Position numbers and translations under genes: made by a program. The notes beneath the pieces are model-generated. The model saw only the letters and a program-made list of their open reading frames with translations, was not told the DNA's origin and did not search any database. Positions 13,101-27,297 of a stretch of DNA of 64,000 nt are shown in pieces. This DNA comes from Eledone cirrhosa (lineage: Eukaryota): contig OZ024745.1 of assembly GCA_964016885.1 (NCBI GenBank), forward strand, positions 82,336,001-82,400,000. Reading direction: 5' to 3'. Within the stretch, counting starts at the first letter, position 1, and each line of letters begins with the position of its first letter.

Positions 13101-15697
13101 ATTCGTGGACAGCTTAACATCTCCTTGTCCCTTTCTCTAATGAAGAACCTATCTAAATACGATCTAGATGTCCCACTGCGGTTTGCCCACGTCCACTGTG
13201 GTGCAGTCGGGAAATCCAGTCGATACCTATCGGCCAGTTGGAATTGGCCGATTAAAGTTTTGAGGCTGTTGCACCCCGCTCTACTGGGACATGCTCCCAC
13301 ATAGTACCGTCGTGCATCTAGGATACCATTCCAGTCCCCCACTAAAAGTAAGGAGCGAGACGTTCCCAGAAAATACTCTAGACGCTTAAAGAAGTCTGGC
13401 CGTGATTGCGATTGCCCGGTCGGGGCATAAACGGCCACCAGTCTGAAGGCTCCACCTCCAATACTGTTCACGCCTAGGACTACCAGTCTACCCTCCGGGT
13501 CGAAGTGTAGTTGCTGTACTTCGACGTCCAGGTTCTTCCGAAACATGACAGCCACTCCACCCCCACCTCCTGGCTGACAGAGAGATGCGTAGATCTCAAA
13601 GTCGTCGAAGATGGGGATTAGTTGCTGCCTGTTGTGGATCCTGGACTCGGTAATTTGGGTGCTGGATGGGGGATTGGGTGGGGTGCGGAAACATTTTAAC
13701 AGGACGCGGTTGATTGGTTTCTAGCAGGGGTTGCCCACGTCCTGTGAAAATTTATCTTTTAGGTCATTATAGGTTTCCATAGAAACCCTTATAAGTTTAA
13801 GATGTGGAGACGATTCTGCCTTAACGAAAGTTTTGCCCTCCATCTCCACCTTGGGGTTTTGGGAGATGACCTCCATCAAATTCTTGTTGTTTGTGTTGAT
13901 GTATGCGTATTGTTGTTTGTGTTTTTGTTGTGTTGTTTTAGTTTGTTATTCGTCCGGGAGTTTTCTTTTTATGGTGGGTGCTTGTGTTTGGGGTGGTGTT
14001 GGTGTTGGTTTTGCTGATAGGGGATGTTTGACTGTGGTGTTGTTTGTGTTGTTGTTTGTGTCAGTGGTTGTGTGTTGGTGTTGGTGATTGGGGGTTTTGT
14101 GGTGTCTCTTTTTTTGTTTTTTTAGATTTCCGCAGCTCTCTCTCTTCTTCACTTAAAGAAGAAGCAGCAGCTTCATCCGTCGATGAATAATCATCGTCAG
14201 GTGTGTGGGGTAGGAGTATGTTGTGTGGTGGTGGTGGTGTTTCGGTGTGTGTGTTTGTGGTAGTGTTTGATGGAGTGGGATGGGGTAGGCCTGTGTTCTT
14301 CAGGGGTGTTGTCTCTGTTTTTTCTGTTGTTGTTGTTTGAGTATCTGTTTGATTTGGTGTGGTTGCTCGTTTCGTCTGTCGTTGTACTTGTGGTGGTGGT
14401 TGTTTTGGTGTTGGTATTGGTAATAGTGTTTTTTTAATGATCTTGTTGTGTGTTTGGGGACAAGAGACTTTTAGGTGTGGTGTGCTACCACTGCGAAAGC
14501 AATGACATTTTCGTCCTTCTACGGAAATGTTTATTTTGTTGTTATCATCGATGACTACTCTTTCGGGTATTTTGGAGATTCTCTCCGGTTTCATTTGCAA
14601 CAGAATCTCCAAATCAGTCCCGCCCACCTTAGTCGAATAGATTTTTGTATCGAAAGAATCATATCAGTTTCTGGCTCTACGAAGCCAGCCAAGATCCACC
14701 AGATGTTAATGTTTGGGAGTATATTTTTATTTTTATTTTTTGTGGCTTTTTTCCCATGTATGTAGGGAAAAAGGTGTATGCTTTTGACACCATTGGTGTC
14801 ACAGAATGTTTTTAGGCGAGTGCCTCGCTTTTAAACAGTACGGAAACACTTCCGTACTGTTTTTCTCGCTGGAGAAAATCGATATTTGCTAGAATTTCCT
14901 TGAAAGTAGCTTCTATATCTGCTTGGCTAACAAATGTCGGCATTCTTATGGAATTTGACACAGTCCTAAAGGTGACTGATCTGCGAATTGTGTCTTCCTT
15001 TATTTCAAGTGAGTTAATTCTAAACCCACCTTTTTCTTCGAAAGTTACAAATTTTTTACTCCGTTGCTGGAACATATCTCTTGCATTGGAGATATCAAGA
15101 TTTATAAAATCTTGTTTTTTGTTCACTGTTTCAGCGAAATACATTTTCTTTTTATGTGTGGTGTTGCTGTTGTTGTTGTTGTTATCGTTGTTAGCCTCGG
15201 TGTTGGAAATCTCAGTTCCTTGACGAGGTGAAACATTATGTGTAGATGTATCTGTGGAGTTGTTGATGTCTTTTCTATGTGCATGTATGTTAATGGGTTT
15301 AATTCCTGTGTTTTCATGTGTGTTAGTGTTATTTTTCTCCGCTTCGACGGTAGAAATTTTTAAATGTTCAAGTGGTAATATTTTTTCCTCTTTGTTGACA
15401 GTCGTATCTATGGCGACGTCCATAGTAGCAGAAGCAGATATAACGTTAATATCTGCCTCTTTCTCTCTCTTTTCTCTATTGACGTTCTCCAGCGTTCTTG
15501 TGTTGTTCAAGTTATTTAGTTTGTAAAATCTGATATTTTAGAACAATTTTTAAAATAAAATTTTCGCCCCTAAAGGGGCGAAAAATGGTATTCAGCTTGG
15601 GGGTTAATCTACAAAATAATGTTTTTTTAAACAATTTGTTCTGTTTTTCGTATATAAATTTAGAAAAATCTTACCGGCGATGTTTCACGCGTCAGAC
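10114..15697 (-). mobile_element. L1/Tx1-type LINE, near full-length, disrupted (copy 1)
   Basis: ORF1 remnants (14061-15510), APE endonuclease (LVAVYAP, GDWNG, SYLDR, SDH), RT (KSPGLDG, RPITLLN, DQSKAFD, YADD), C-terminal CPRC..H..C finger, and a 3' AATAAAGAAAT end. The ORF2 start is deleted near 13650. Confidence 0.9.
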
Positions 15698-15730
15698 AGA
15701 AAGAGAGATAGAGAGATAGATAGATAGATA

Positions 15731-18700
15731 TATTTCTTTATTAGCCACAGGGGCACAAAAGAAGGGGACAAATACAAAGGGTGAAGTTTACATACGATAA
15801 AAACGTGTAAAATGTTATCAGAAATGGAATTTAAAAAAGTTAGTCGATTTTCCCCAATAGAGGGAGACAGTTTATATGGGTAACACATACCCCCGAAAAA
15901 AAATGTGCAACCCTCATCTCCAGGAGTACGAAGAGTTTGTACTCCTTTCCTCACCTCCTCCTTTTCCTCAACCTACAGGCTGATATAGAGAGAAGGCCCA
16001 TTCACTCGGGCCATTCTCGCCACTTTCACCCACCTTTCATAAAACTTGCTGGGGTACAGCACCTCTCTCTCCATCCTGATTCTTCTTCAAAAGTGGTATT
16101 TGAAAAAAAGAATCAGTTGTTGGCCGGAGAGAAAGGTGTCTGACCTCAGCCCTTTCGACCTTGTCCACCATACAACCTCTTTCGCCATAGCTATCACACA
16201 AAGGAAAACCGCCTCTCCTTCGTTTTTGAAGGAGAGTGGCGGTTTGATCATGACAATGGACTCGGTGGTCAACTGGATTGGTCCCACCCACGACAATAGT
16301 CGTTCTACATAGCCCCACAGGTCAGTAACGCCCGGGCAGTGTATGAATGCGTGCGCGACGGTTTCTTCGTCTCGCACGCACCTCGGACAGATCTCTTTTG
16401 CAGGGTCCCTGCCCGGGCGCCCATGTCTGTAGAGCTTGTCTCGAACTGGTAGAGCTCCTCGGTAGCACTGCCAGGCCAGGGACTTTTGGAAGTTGTCCAT
16501 CGGTCCCGGGCGGAAGGTCCTACCGAACAGACTGGCCAGTTCATCTTCCTCTACGCCTAGAGTTTCACCGAGCGCGTCGTCGCACTTGCTGCGGACCAAC
16601 CCTCTATAGAATGACGAAGTGGAGTCTCCACTGATCGCCGGGTTCGCTTGCCAGAGGGCTGTGAGCGCCTGAGCACATTCGATGTGCCAGTCGCCCATTT
16701 TCCTCGGTCTTTGCTTGAGCCAGGACTGCAGCTCGGTCAGTGAGACGAGTCGTGGGAAGGCTCGCCTCACGAACGGGGCCCACACCGGTTGTCCGGTGAG
16801 GAATACGTAGAGATGCCGCAGCCTGAGCGCGTGTTTGCGCATCGTCAACCATGGCATCCCCAGCCCTCCGTTAGAAGGGTGTTGGCAGCAGATGGATCTT
16901 CTCACCAAAGGAGCCCGCCTCTTCCAAAGGAATCGGAAGAGCGCGCGCTCCATTTTGGCGAGCGTTTTGGCTGGACAAGGCACGACGGTCAAGCGGTAGT
17001 AGATGGCGGACGCTATAAAAGTGTTCGCCACCTCCGCTCGACCTTTCAAGGATAGTTTGCACTCAGCCCACTTCTGGGTGAGTGCAAAGACCTTGGCCGT
17101 CACTTCGTTCCAGTTATTCTCCACCTGGAGGTCCGGACCAAACCAGACCCCGAGCAGCTTTACCGGTCCTTCCGTCTAGCGTCCGACGACGCCATCGGAA
17201 GGCATCGGTTTGCCTCTCCACGATCCGAGTTGCAAACCGATGGACTTGTCCCGGTTCAGCTTCGCTCCTGTGAGACTTTCGTATTCCTTCAGTAAGGTGC
17301 CGACTTCCTCGATCTGCGAGGCGCTCGACACCATTACTGTAACGTCGTCGGCGTAGGCCGACGCTGATTTGCGCAGTCCCAGTTCCAGAGGGATGCCCTG
17401 CAATAGCTCCAGCTTCCGCAGTAGTGGCTCGAGAGTCAGTACGTACAGAAGGGAGGTGAGAGGGCATCCCTGTCGAATGGATCGCGTAATATGGAACGGC
17501 TCCGAGAGGTAGCCGTTCACCTTGACCCTTGAGCAGATGTTGCTGTTGTGTATTGCAGCAATCCAGCCCCTGAACACGGGTCCGAAGCCTGCCGCCTCGA
17601 GCACCGCATCCAGATAACGATGGTCAACCCTATCGAAAGCCTTAGACTGATCCAAGTTGATCAGGGCCCCACCGAAGCCGGGTTTACACCCTACCCTCTC
17701 TATGATGTATCACATGAGGTGGAGGTTGTCGTGTAAGGACCTGGTCGGGATTGCGCATGTCTGCGCTTCTCCCACCAGGTTCTCGACGACAAGCGCCAGC
17801 CTCTTTGCCAACACCTTGGCTAAAATCTGTAACTCTGTGTTTAGCAGAGTTATGGGCCGGAAGTTGCCTATGTCATCCCCCTTATTCTCGTCCTTCCTGA
17901 TTAGTGTGACCACGCCCCTGGTTACAGAACTGGGAATTCTCCCGTTCTGTTGCCAGTTGCAGTAGACCGCTTCCAGGAGACCGGAGAATAAGTCCGGCAT
18001 TGCTACGTAAAATTCGTAGGGTAGACCGTCGAGACCTGGAGATTTGCGTTTGCCGCATTGGCTCAGCGCGTCCCCTATCTCAGTGGCTGAAATCGGCTTT
18101 TCGCAGAACTTTCCTCGCTGTCCGAGAGTCGCGGTAGGCCGTCGAGGTATGGACCGAAATCCATAGCCTCTCCCGGCGCGCCGCCGCCCCCGAACTGCTG
18201 ATCAAAGTGCCGCTGAAAAGCCGCACACATCTGCTTCGGCTCACGTATCACGCGTCCGTTTTGGTCCTTCAAAGACCGAATCGTGGACTTGTTGCCATTT
18301 TTTGCCTCCGTCACTCGGGCCCAGCTAACAGCTTTGGCTCCCTCGTTTCCCAGAGCACGTATTTTGCTTCTGACAACGCAGCCCTCGTGCTTTGCGTCGA
18401 AGAACTGGTCCAAGGCCGTTCTCGTTGCTAGCACGCTGGCTACGTTGCCACTTCTAATTGCCTCTTCTACTTTATCTACCAGTTCCTTCTCGGTTCTATT
18501 TCTATCTAACGCTAATTCTTTACTAAAAAACTATCGAGTCTAATCTAACTGCCCTCTTGAGAGAGTACCACCATCTGTTGTTGACAATGGACCCTGTCAA
18601 GTGCTGTTTAACTAAAGTGCTAATCCGTCTACTGTAGGCTTTGCTTGTCGGTAACGACAAGTTCAGCTTCCAGTAGCCGGGTTCTTGTCTATGGGTTCTA

Positions 18701-21569
18701 TCAAGGTTGTCCATGCAGGTCACTAGTTTGTGATCTGAATAGGTAACCATGAACATTTGTGGACAGCTTAACATGTCCCTATCCTTATTTCTAACTAGAA
18801 CCCTATCTAGGTACGATCTAGATGTTCCGCTACGATTACTCCACGTCCACAGTGGCGCAGTCGGAAAATCTAATCGATATCTATCGGCCAGGTCAAATCG
18901 GTCGATTAACTGTTTGAGGCTGTTACACCCCCCTTTATCGGGACATGCTCACACATAGTCCCAACGTGCATCTAGGATTCCATTCCAGTCCCCCACTAAA
19001 AGCAAGGAGCGGGGCGTTCCCAGACGTCTCTAGACGTTTGAAGAAGCCTGGCCGCGGTGTCCCGGATGGGGCATATGCGGCCACCAGCCTGAAGGCTCCA
19101 CCTTAACTACCGTCAACGTCTAGGACCACCAGTCGACCCTCCGGGTCCAGATGTACCGTCTGTGTTACGAGGCCCAGGTGTTTCCGCAGCAAAACGGCAA
19201 CTCCGCCCCCACCCCCCGGTTGACAGAGAGATGCGTAGATCTCAAAGTCATCGAAGATGGAGGCCAGCTGTCGCTCGCCGTGGATCCTGGACTCGCAAAT
19301 GGCTACCACATCCATACTGTGCGACCTGAGGTCGTTTAAGAGTTTGCCCTGTTTCCAGGGCATCCCCAGGCCGCGTACGTTCACACATCCAACTCTTATA
19401 TTGGCCATGTTGGTGCTGAAAAGTTAAAAGAGGAAAAGAGATCACTCACACTTCGCCTCCTGGGGACCAGGCCGCACGATTTCATGGGGGTGTTGGAGGG
19501 GTTGTCTGGATGGGTGGTGGTTTCCGGCGGAGTGGGGACGCAGATGTTTGATTGGGTGGTGTTTGGTGGGATGGGGGTGTCTGGGGTCGGGAGACATTTG
19601 AGAAGGACGCGGTTGAGTGGTTTCACGCAGGAATTTCCCACATCCTTCTCAAATGTTTCTTTTAGGGACCTATAAGTTTGTATAGGGACCCTAATCAGTT
19701 TTAGGTTCAGTTTTTTGCTATTTTTAATAGAGTGGGCGAAAGTTTTCCCTTCGGTGAAAACCGAAGGGTCGTTCGTGATGGTCTCCATTAGTGTTTTGTT
19801 TTCAGTGTTTATCTAAGTGTAAGTGTAATTTTCTTGTGTTGTGTTTGTTTTTGTCTGTAGTTCTTGTGTGTGCTTTCGTTTTGTTGTAGGTATTTTGTTT
19901 TCAGGAGGTGGGGGTTTTGTTTGTGATGTTTTTGTTGTTTGTGTTGGTTGTTGTATGTTTGTGGTAGTTTTTGCTGGTTTTTTGCTTTTGTGATGTCTTT
20001 TCTTTCTTTTCGAGCGATGGGGTTCTCCCTCGTCTTCACTGGGTGATGGCGAAATAGCCTCATCTGTTGTATCGTCTGTGTGATTGGGGAGGGGTATGTC
20101 TTGGGGAGCTGTTGTGTCTGTATGTGATTTTGCAGTGGTTTTAGGTGGAGTGGGGTTGGGTGGGACTGTGTTTGTTGTGGTTATTTGTGTGTGTTGGTGT
20201 TGTTGTGGTGATGTTGGTGGTTGTGTTGTTTTGATAGGTGTCGGCAGAAGAGCCTTTTTTTGGTTCATTAATTTAGGACAGGAAGCCCTCAGGTGACCCC
20301 TGCTAAAGCAATGTAACATGAAGGCCGCCTACCTTCAACCGAAAAGTTTATGTAGGTGAGTCCGTCCAGGAGTACACGCTGTGGGATCATAGCTATTCGC
20401 TCTGGGCTCATTTGCACCAGAACTTCAATGCTAGTCCCATTGAATACATCTCTGGGGGACTTGCCTACTGACAGTATTCTGTCTTCATCAAAATTGATGA
20501 AGCCGCACAGTATCCACCATATGTTCACCTTTGGTGTGACACTCGTGATTTTGATCTTTTGTGTCCTTTTTCCCATGTATGTAGGGAAAAAGGTGTACAG
20601 GTTGGATACAATTGGCGACACAGAGTAATTTTGGGCCGTCAATTGATCCTTCATGAGTACCGAAATACTCCCCAAAAGTTTGCTTCTTTGAATGAATGCA
20701 ATATCATTCATTGAATTTTTGAAAACCAGTTCAATTTCTTTCTGTGACAATTGGACTGGTTTTCGGGTAGAATTGGAAACTGTCCTAAAAACTATCGTTT
20801 TGAGAGCAGTTTTTTTGCGAATTCCTACCGGAGAATTGATGCTGAAAGCACCATTTTTTTCGAAAGTGACATATCTCTTAGCGTCCTTTAAAAGTTGTTC
20901 AGCATTTGTTATGTCGAGATATATCAATTCTTCCTTCTTTTGAACTTTCTCTGCAAAGGAGATTTTTGGTTTCTTTGTGGAATCCGTATTGGTGGTGTTG
21001 TCATTATTGTTGTTATTGTTGTTGTTATTCTTGTTGTCACCGATGTTGGTATCATCCGTATTTTCCTTGGTGTTGTTGTTGTCTTTGATGCTGGTGTTAT
21101 TGGTGTTGTCTCTATTTTTTTCTTTGTTGTTGTTATCATTGTTGCTTTTATCATCATTATTGGTGTTGCTGTTATTTTTGTTGTCATTGAATTGTTTGGT
21201 GTCATTTGTGTTGTTTGGATATGAATTCGTTTTTACATTTTCATTTCGTCTTTCCATCTCTATAGTATCTAGTGAAGAAGGCGTTGTTGACTGCGAGCTT
21301 TGTAGTCTTACCGCCTCTCCACCACCATTATCGTTGGACGCAGCGTTCATAACGTAATCAAAATTTTACAATATTTTTTCATAGATTCGATGGAGAACAT
21401 TTTTTTAAATGGATATTCCGCCCCTGTAGGGGCGAAAATGAGTTGACCCACCACCTGAAGGTCCAGACGGGTGGTCAAGTTACACAATGATATAAAATTT
21501 ATCTAAAAACTCACGTTTTTTTCTTACATAAATTAACGGAAATTTCTCCGCGAAGTTACACACGTCTGA
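15731..21569 (-). mobile_element. L1/Tx1-type LINE, full-length, disrupted (copy 2)
   Basis: ORF1 21350-19396 with an Asn-rich N-terminus and a frameshifted CCHC knuckle (CY..C...GHLRASCP). ORF2 starts MANIRVGCVNVRGL at 19408 and has EN, RT and zinc finger, with several stops and frameshifts. Confidence 0.9.
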
Positions 21570-21574
21570 TAGAG

Positions 21575-21640
<66 letters not shown>
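21570..21640. repeat. (GATA)n microsatellite
   Basis: Directly visible. Similar tracts at 15698-15730 and ~10095-10113. Confidence 0.95.
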
Positions 21641-23639
21641 ATGTGCGGTCGCGCATGTGTAAATTATGACATAAGAAATAATAACTGATTTATATCTTTT
21701 ACCTTCTGAAATGTAGTAAACATGATTGCACATTGTTTTCCATAAGTTTAAATATATTTAGGTTGGCTTGAGTCATACTACATAGAGGCCACCACAAATT
21801 TAAATTTGTCATAAAATGTTTCTGTAGCAATATGTATGATAGCGTAAATTAATAAAACATGTTGCTAAAATGAATCGCTATACAGATTTAATACATTCAC
21901 AACAGAAACATTATAAACCCATCTATCTTGACTGCATCGTACAATTTTACTAGTATTCTGTTAATATTTTGTTTCCGATTAGGTAATGTCTCCCCGAACA
22001 ACGGTTAGAGTTTAGCTAATGTTTAAGGAATAAACTTTCCTGTATTTGGAGAAGAGTATTATAATGATTCATGCCAGGCTTTTGCCTGCTACTGGTACCA
22101 TGTTACCCAGTAAAACCTTCTTCATGACCAAGTGGTCGACGTCTAAACCGCCCCCCCCCCCCACCAGAATCTGGTCTGGTGAGGAGGGTAAGTGAATCCC
22201 AGCAGCACAATAAACAACAGCTCTTAAAAGGGAAGATGAACTCCACAGAGTTAACAGCCACGCAGTCCAACTATGGGTTAAATAGCCTTACCAACCCACA
22301 ATTGGACAAGCATAGTGACACCCCTGACATGACCAAAACCAAATAGAAATTAGTGTAGGTCAACCAGGGAGAGATTCTTAAAAAAAGAGTGAGAAGGCCC
22401 TGGATTGGATTGGATTAAGAGGAGGACAAAAATATTCCCGACTACATTATTAGGTACCTCGAGTTCTTCCAAATTGTAATAAGAATCAGGTTTAAAAAAA
22501 AAAATCCTGTTTAGAATAGCTTTTAATTCATATGATCATTACTGGAGTCACTCTAGCTAATATGATCCTACTTGTTTTCAACTTTTATAAACATTGTGCT
22601 ACATATCCCAATCCAATAAATTAAACAAAGGAATATTCTAATAATCCCCTTCACTATATCTCGTTTGTTTAACTTACCTTACTAAATTCTAATTCCTATT
22701 AACCCGATCCGTTCTTAAAGCCATTCATTTGATTCACTCACTAATTTTCTATGATATACCGATTAAGCTTTTGCTGTCGTGCTGAGCTTTTTCTAACATT
22801 TATTATAGGCATCCATTATACACTTCTTGTAATCAGTAGTTAATTATTTCAAACATTATACATTGTTTCAGTGTCATTTATTAGAGATTAAACAAGATTT
22901 AAATAAATAAGATTTAAATATTTGGAATGCATTGTGATTCCCAAGATGAGAGAGCACGCATTAATAAATATACTTAATAACACCATTGGCAGCCATGTTG
23001 ACTAAGACAACATCTCTCCCTTCTGTATCCCTCTCTCGCTCACTCTCATTCTCCCACCCACTCTACTTTGTAAACGACAGATACCCTTTTGGTATGCTGT
23101 CATAGTTATGGAATATCTCATTGAAAATTTCAAACAAACATATTGATTCATAGAGTCATCAATTCATTTTCAAGTGTGATAAAACAGCTTGGGCTCGTCA
23201 TATTTATATTTAATGTGTATTCTTATTTTTGTGCTACAGAACCCTCCGGTCTTGTTGTGTTGTTTTAGTCTGCTTTCTATTGTATGAAATGTGTAATATA
23301 AGTTGTCTTGTAAATTGATATTGTTATAATCTATTGGATGTTTATTGTATAGGGTGTGTGTTATATGTGGAGATTGTTCTATTTCAGTTGCTCCATTGAA
23401 TGAATAGTGTCTTGTACAGGTTGTGCATGATTCCTGGCACAGATTTGTTTCACCAAAGATGCATAACAATAGATAAAACACTAACAACATCAGACTTTCA
23501 CACATACTGGAAAGGAATGTAGAGCAAACAAGATTAACACAACAAAATGTTACAAGAGAAAAGGCAGGAATAGGAAGGAATAAGAAAATAGCACCACAGA
23601 TATAGCCCAATATTACTTGAAATGAAATCTTTTATCGAT

Positions 23640-24900
23640 TAAGAACCGCATACAAGTAGAATAGATTGTCTCTAACGTAATGGAGAAACACTTCATTAAT
23701 ACCCATGGATATATAACAGCAGCATTCGATAAAACACTAAGCTAGCCATAACCAATACCTGACAGGATGCTAGAAGGTAAAGACCCTCTAATCAACAGAA
23801 ACAAAAAACACCACAAACCCATAAAACTATAAACCTATAATATACCTGAAAAGAGCATATACACCCTCAAACCAATATAGTACACCCAGATAGTTTTATT
23901 TTATTGTATGCTTATTGTATAGGATGTGTGTTGCGTGTGGAGATTGTTCTATTTGAGTTGCGCTACAATATTTTGTTTGAAAGCTACAATCTGTTACCAG
24001 AAGAAAAAAAAACAGCTATTATCAGAAAGGATTGTATGGGTGTAAAGTCCAGCTACTGGTGAATCAAGTCAATATAGAAGATTATAAAAAGAAGAAATCG
24101 AATCTTAGCATAACCTTGGATTTCATACCAGAAGGCTTTCGATAGCATTTTATACTCATGGATACTTAGGTCAATCCTCATAAATAAAGTAGCCCCTTCT
24201 CCGAGCATATATATCAGTAGTACCATGACAAGATGGAAAAGCCAATAACTCTGAAGATAAGAAAAAAACCCCATGAAAACCCATCCACATACCCGTAACA
24301 AGAGGAATGTTTTCCAAAAGGACTCATTATCCACCTACACTTTTATATTACCCTGGCTCCCCTAAAATCAAGATGAATGAAACCATCATACGTTACAGAT
24401 TCTATAGACAAAATATAAATCATCTCCTCTATATGGATGACATTTAAATCTTTGCAAGGAATAACGTCGAATCAGAAAACTTCCTAAAAATTGTCTATAA
24501 CTTCATCAAAGACACAAATATGAATAAGGGATTAGACAAATCTGTCATAGCCACACTGCGAAATAACATGTTAATCGACGCTAGGAATATTACACCGAAA
24601 TAGAGAATTAGATCACCATCCACCATTCAACTACCTAGAAATAGACAAAACAACCAAATAAAATATATGAAAATTAAAGAGAAAATTAGGAAAGAATATC
24701 ACAGAACAGTTAGATTAATATTAAACACTGAAGTCAGAGCTAAAAATAAGAAAATTTGTACAAATATTCTGAATACAGCAGCAGGTATAGAATATAGCTT
24801 TATCATAATAAACTGGAAGCTTACTGAATTTACCTTTTTTTCCCTACAAAACGATGAAACTAACAACATATCGAAGCAAACGTAGACAAAATGTATCTAC
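23640..24900 (+). pseudogene. Highly degenerate non-LTR RT remnant (R4/RTE-like)
   Basis: Relic motifs: aaggctttcgatagc (KAFDS) ~24132, ttccaaaaggactcattatcc (FQ-DSLS) ~24312, catctcctctatatggatgac (HLLYMDD) ~24421. A related inverted fragment lies at ~49240-49395. Confidence 0.6.
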
Positions 24901-26871
24901 CTCGCCAGTTAAACTGGGAAAGTACTTAGAAGCAAAGAGAAAACTGATAAATGAAATAAGAAACATAAAAAGAAACACAAATCTCTCTCTATATAGAAGG
25001 TGTTAATACATATATGATTTGATCATTTACTTCCTCTGTTTAGCGCACAAAATAATATATATATATTAACTAACTACCATCATGAGTGCAAGTAATATGA
25101 AAATTAGTACGTCTATTTCACAATACTACTATATGTGATAAGGTATATAAGTTCCTCGATTATGCATTTCCTGCATTACATTGTATTTAAAGACTTGTGC
25201 ACTTTATGAGTAAAAAATATATTTTACTTTGAAGGCACATATAAGAGATGTTTGCCTATTTCTTTACGCTGAAAATGTTTTCAATTTCATCAGTAAATCT
25301 TATAAATCTTAAAATTGTTTACGCTCAAAAGAAATATATTTTCATTATGAGAACATTTTGTTTTGATGCACTTAATGTTTCACAGTTGCTGTATTTATAA
25401 ATATTCTTTAAATTGTTTTGAACAAATTTACAGAATACTTAAAATTTCCATTATTCTTTACGTATTCAAAGTTTCTAAACAATCTTAACCAGAGATAATT
25501 ACTTTATTTATTAGAAGTGAAATATACTAGAAGACAAAACATTGATACTCTCAATTCATGTGGTAACTTTTCGATATATTTTTTTCTGAGTCGGTGAAGG
25601 ATGCGTCATTCTACATTCATCAACTTCCCTAGCTCTCAATAGCTTTCAATATATTTCATGTATAAAGATTTCTGAAAGCATTTATATCTAGTTGAACAAT
25701 GTAACTGTAAATGAATCCACTGCAAATTATCTAAGAAAGTCTTATGGATCTTTGATAGAGAGCTATCTGAACTCATGCACAGCTATTTGAGATATTAAAC
25801 CTTTTATGTTCAAATGTTTGTTAAGTTATATCCATCACACAAGTTTAATAATGTGAAATTCTTGATTATTTTCAAGGTTATTTGAAAATTATATGCAGTA
25901 TTCGTAAATAATATGGTAACGAACCTATTCACATGAAGAAGCAGTTGGGAAATTTATTGGTTACGTTATTATCATCTCGAGTCAGGTAAACTAAATACCA
26001 GTGAAGTGTAGTGGACTGGTGGGATTGTTAGGGTGTCGCACAAGATACCTGTTGGAATCTGTTTCATGTCATATTTTAAGTTTTGGGTGGTATACTAAAT
26101 CTGTTACCTGGTTTAAAACTACTACCTGGCCCTTAAGTGACTTTAACAGAGTTCACTCTAATGAAAGCATCCGCAGCCGGTTGGATGTTTGAAGATGACT
26201 TCCTACTGTCAGACTCTATATTAACTCTAAAAAAATAAAGAGTTCTAGGGGCTCCTTAACTGATTGAATAATAACAAAGAAAATGCTATAAATCTGGCAT
26301 CTTTTGCTTGAATAAATAATCAAGATTTGGCAGCAATTCTACAAATTGCAAGGGACGATAGTTTTACAGAGGACATAAATGGAAGATTGGAGCGATCATG
26401 TCTTTCCATAAAACGTTTTGAATGAAAGCAAAATGTAATTTATTCAACCAGGAACAAGCAGAAGAAATGAAACAGCTTGCATTATTAGTTGGAAAATGAC
26501 TATGTAATAAATGGGCATTGGTGTGATAGAAACGGGAAAGCCAGGGACTATGTGTTTTCTGAATTAATTCTACTAGCGTTGAACCAATGAACACGACACC
26601 AATTACTTTCCAAATGACATTATAATCCTAAATGAAGTTAAATAAATTCAACCGTTGATTTAAGCCATCTCATCATCTCGATTACCTGAAAACCTAACTC
26701 CCGAACCACTACAATTGTTATCAGTAGCACTTATGAGAATTATTTTGTGTTTAGTCTATAAAGATCGATGCGATTTTACTTGAAATTTGTCATGACAATA
26801 AATAGAATATTTCTGTTGCTTGAGCTTATTATGTATTTTTTCAATATATTTATAATTTTATTTATATTTAC

Positions 26872-27297
26872 CTCTTTTGACTTTTACGAGAATCCATTCT
26901 TCTCTCATACTCAATATTTGATAATGATGCAGTTCTTCGCCTTCTTGGTTCAAATTCTGGATATGTCGTCTCTTTCAGAGAATTGTTACTGTGGAAAATA
27001 TGACTATCACTACTGCTATATAAGCTTTCATTCAAACCAGAAGCTAAACTGTTGGATAGCTTCGTCGTGAGTTCTGGTCGAGTAAACATTGCGTGACTGT
27101 GATCAACATAAGACGGTTTCATAACATTCTGGTCAGTAGAGAGAGAAAATTCCTGTGAGCTTGCACTGCTATAACCGCTTATATACGACTTATTGTTAGG
27201 TGATATAATATGTACATTTTGACAAGATGCTGGCTTTAAATCGTACAAACGTGGCTGGCCTTCCTCCATAAACACAATCTGTTGTATTTGGTCGGCA
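26872..27297 (-). CDS. Putative internal exon of an unidentified host gene
   Basis: Open frame, pyrimidine-rich acceptor ctttttctctttcaatttacAG and donor AG|GTAAAT. The phase-2 start matches the phase-2 donor of the 36619 exon. Confidence 0.65.

Noticed and set aside
25560-25710. Possible further or terminal host exon on the minus strand
   Set aside because: An acceptor-like site gives only ~16 codons before a stop, which is insufficient support.
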